A stretch of DNA of 18,168 bases. Origin: an uncultured Myxococcales bacterium. Its GTDB lineage: Bacteria; Myxococcota; UBA4151. The notes beneath the pieces were generated by a model. That model was not told where the DNA came from and searched no databases. It was given only the letters and a program-made list of their open reading frames with translations. How positions within the stretch are numbered: the stretch's first letter is position 1; each line of letters begins with the position of its first letter. The stretch is from positions 1 through 18,168 of the forward strand of contig CAXGWI010000066.1 in assembly GCA_964013405.1 (NCBI GenBank). The letters run 5' to 3'. The translations under genes and the position numbers were made by a program. Shown here piece by piece: positions 16,239 through 18,168 of the stretch.

Positions 16239-17612
16239 TCAGCGACCGATGCCGGCCGAGAGGCTCAGGTGGAGATGGTGATGGTGGAAATAGTACCATC
16301 CCCGCTGCTGGTTCGTGGTCTCAAAGGTCACCTTGGACTGGCGACAAATGGACTTACCCCGCAGCCAGTCGCTGGCACAGAGTTGACGAATCGCGTCATT
16401 CACCGGGGGCCCGACTCGACCATCCACACCGATCACCCGCAGGTAGGGATTGTCATGCAGATAGGCCAGGAAGATCGCGGTCCGCCAGGCATCGAGATAG
16501 ACCGGCTCATCGGTACAATGATACGCGTCTTGACCGTTGGCCTCACGATGCTCGCATACACTGCGCAGCACATTGTTCGGCGTGCCCACCTGATAGTAGG
16601 CAATGTCCATGTCATGACCGTTCACGTGGGTGCCTTCCGGATGACCCGGCTGATTCTCCCGGGTCCCGGGAATTTCCCCATTCTCCTCGCTCATGTCGCC
16701 TAAGCCGAGGGGGCGATAGTCATGATAGTCCCACTGCTCGGTGAGACATTCGGTGGCCGCGGTGGCGTAGCGTACGAGCAACATCAGATCCCGCCGGGCC
16801 CAAGAACGGTACTGGTCCCGCTCGGTTTCCCCATTGAGCGGATAATCCCAATAGCCATCGGCCTGCCGGGGATCGAACTGAATGAGCTCCGAGCATGCAT
16901 TATTACCGCCCCCGCGGCTGCAGTCGGCCAGATCCGGCAAGGTGTCGATACAGCCAGGAATCCGGCCTGCGGGGATGTCCATATCCCGCTCGTAACACTG
17001 CCCACCCGCGCAGTACTCATCGGCGGCGCAAGTCACCCCTTCGCAGGGATCATTCCCACCGCCGCCACCGCCACCGCTGCCGCTGTTGCAGATTTCAGAG
17101 CAGGTGCTGTCACAACTGCTGTTGCTGTCGGGAATGCAGGAACCGTCGCCGTCGCAGGTGCCATCGCAATTGAATGCATCGCAGTCAGCCCAGCAAAAGG
17201 AGCCATCCTGGCCTTCAGCCCCCCAACAGCGCAGCCCCTCCTCACACTCCACCTGGCTGCCTGCAGAGCTGCAGCGCCGACTCGCTCGGGTCATGCAGAT
17301 CCCTTGAAAACAAAGCCCTGGCGTCTGGTCGGTTCCTGCGCACTCGCTGTCGCAATTGCAGGCACTGCCGGGCTGCAACAAGTCGCTGGGATCACCACCG
17401 TTGTTGTCGCCGTTGTTGTCGCCGTTGTTGTCGCCGTTGTTGTCGCCGTTGTTGTCACCGTTGTTGTTGCCATTGTTGTCGCCGTTGTTGTCACGACGAC
17501 CGGGATCGAACTCCCCATCCGGCGTCACGGAGGTCGCGTTCTGACCATCTCCGATCGGGGGCATACAGGCGAGCAGGGACGTGGCTGCTAAAACGAGGAC
17601 TATAGAGCGCAT
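16239..17612 (-). CDS. Lipoprotein with DNNG repeats, Cys-rich region and C-terminal MepA-like (LAS/M74-type) Zn peptidase domain, 457 aa
   Basis: MRSIVLVLAATSLLAC lipobox, with GAGG 6 nt upstream of ATG 17612. GLGDMS...GH...THVNGHDMDIAY gives H-x6-D and FHHHHLHL gives H-x-H. These parallel the MepA motifs IGDM...GHASHQxGLDVD and HxxHMH. Confidence 0.8.
   Translation of the reverse strand: MRSIVLVLAATSLLACMPPIGDGQNATSVTPDGEFDPGRRDNNGDNNGNNNGDNNGDNNGDNNGDNNGDNNGGDPSDLLQPGSACNCDSECAGTDQTPGLCFQGICMTRASRRCSSAGSQVECEEGLRCWGAEGQDGSFCWADCDAFNCDGTCDGDGSCIPDSNSSCDSTCSEICNSGSGGGGGGGNDPCEGVTCAADEYCAGGQCYERDMDIPAGRIPGCIDTLPDLADCSRGGGNNACSELIQFDPRQADGYWDYPLNGETERDQYRSWARRDLMLLVRYATAATECLTEQWDYHDYRPLGLGDMSEENGEIPGTRENQPGHPEGTHVNGHDMDIAYYQVGTPNNVLRSVCEHREANGQDAYHCTDEPVYLDAWRTAIFLAYLHDNPYLRVIGVDGRVGPPVNDAIRQLCASDWLRGKSICRQSKVTFETTNQQRGWYYFHHHHLHLSLSAGIGR
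17398..17493. repeat. Intragenic 12-bp tandem repeat, 8 copies (CCGTTGTTGTCG), encoding (D/N)NNG x8
   Basis: Counted directly: four identical units (17398-17445) followed by four single-mismatch variants. Confidence 0.97.
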
Positions 17613-17778
17613 CACCAACCTCTTCTTCTTTTTCAATTAGGAGGCGCCGTTTAGAAGATCTTCCCGTCACCCGCATACGGAAAATGCCTTAGCAACCGAT
17701 GACGGCGGAGCAGTCTAGCGTTTAGAGAACGGTGACAGGGGTCTTGACCCCAGGCCCAGACTGGACGAGGCTGCGCCC

Positions 17779-18168
17779 ATGGAAAACGCAGATCTCCAAC
17801 GTCTCGAAGCCCTCCTCGATCAAGCGGAGTTGCAGCAAGCACTCAACCAGGTCGATGGCATTCTCAACAGCAGTCCTACCGACGTCGATGCGTTGGTGGT
17901 CAAAGGGCGCATCCTCGGTGCGAGCGGTGACCTGGACAAGGCCCTCCAGTTTATGGACCAGGCCCTGGCTCACCGGCCTGAGCATCTGCTCGCCAAAGGC
18001 TACAAAGGGGTGCTGCTCTACGAATTGCAGCAGCCTGCCCCGGCCGAAGTCCTGCTCACCGAGGCCCTCGCTGGACCAGGGGAAAGCCCCGCGCCCTTCC
18101 ACTATACCTTGGCCCGGTGTTACGGCCGCCTTGAGCGTCATGCACAAGCCCTTGAGCAAGTCGAAGCA
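17779..18168 (+). CDS. Tetratricopeptide-repeat protein (partial, runs off right edge)
   Basis: Hand-translated; not in the ORF track. ATG 17779 with GAGG at 17767-17770, then 130 open codons: MENADLQRLEALLDQAELQQALNQVDGILNSSPTDVDALVVKGRILGASGDLDKALQFMDQALAHRPEHLLAKGYKGVLLYEL...FHYTLARCYGRLERHAQALEQVEA. Shows TPR periodicity. Confidence 0.85.
   Translation, partial: MENADLQRLEALLDQAELQQALNQVDGILNSSPTDVDALVVKGRILGASGDLDKALQFMDQALAHRPEHLLAKGYKGVLLYELQQPAPAEVLLTEALAGPGESPAPFHYTLARCYGRLERHAQALEQVEA

Noticed and set aside
17398..17493. Tandem repeat as a CRISPR array
   Set aside because: The 12-bp units have no spacers, are in frame within a CDS, and there are no cas genes.
15068..17605. Long plus-strand ORFs 15068..15889, 15947..16744, 16722..17591 and 17174..17605 (the last with CCRR repeats)
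   Set aside because: These are antisense shadows of alkB and the lipoprotein. Their repeats are other-frame readings of the DNNG repeat.
17722..18159. 145-aa minus-strand ORF
   Set aside because: It is antisense to the TPR gene, which has an RBS and a recognisable repeat pattern.

Overview
GC-rich, densely coding bacterial chromosomal window. The host is most likely Myxococcota or a related deltaproteobacterial predator, inferred from a MYXO-CTERM-like tail and Cys-rich lipoproteins. In order: (1) a secreted TCAF/FAM115-like (M60-peptidase-associated) gene running off the left edge and missing from the ORF track; (2) a TetR / acyl-CoA dehydrogenase / MaoC hydratase operon with a tandem palindromic operator; (3) a trypsin-fold protease lipoprotein with a MYXO-CTERM tail; (4) an uncharacterised probable outer-membrane beta-barrel; (5) a VTC (polyphosphate-polymerase-domain) gene head-to-head with a CotH-kinase lipoprotein; (6) pyruvate carboxylase; (7) a DoxX-like membrane protein; (8) a probable remnant of a PAP2/vanadium-haloperoxidase-like gene; (9) alkB plus a TetR regulator; (10) a small membrane protein; (11) a lipoprotein with (DNNG)8 repeats, a Cys-rich region and a MepA-like LAS peptidase domain; (12) a TPR protein running off the right edge, also missing from the ORF track. 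I saw no rRNA, tRNA, CRISPR or mobile element. The best candidates for undescribed biology are the VTC/CotH divergon and the set of exported hydrolases. All family calls come from motif recognition by eye; no searches were run.
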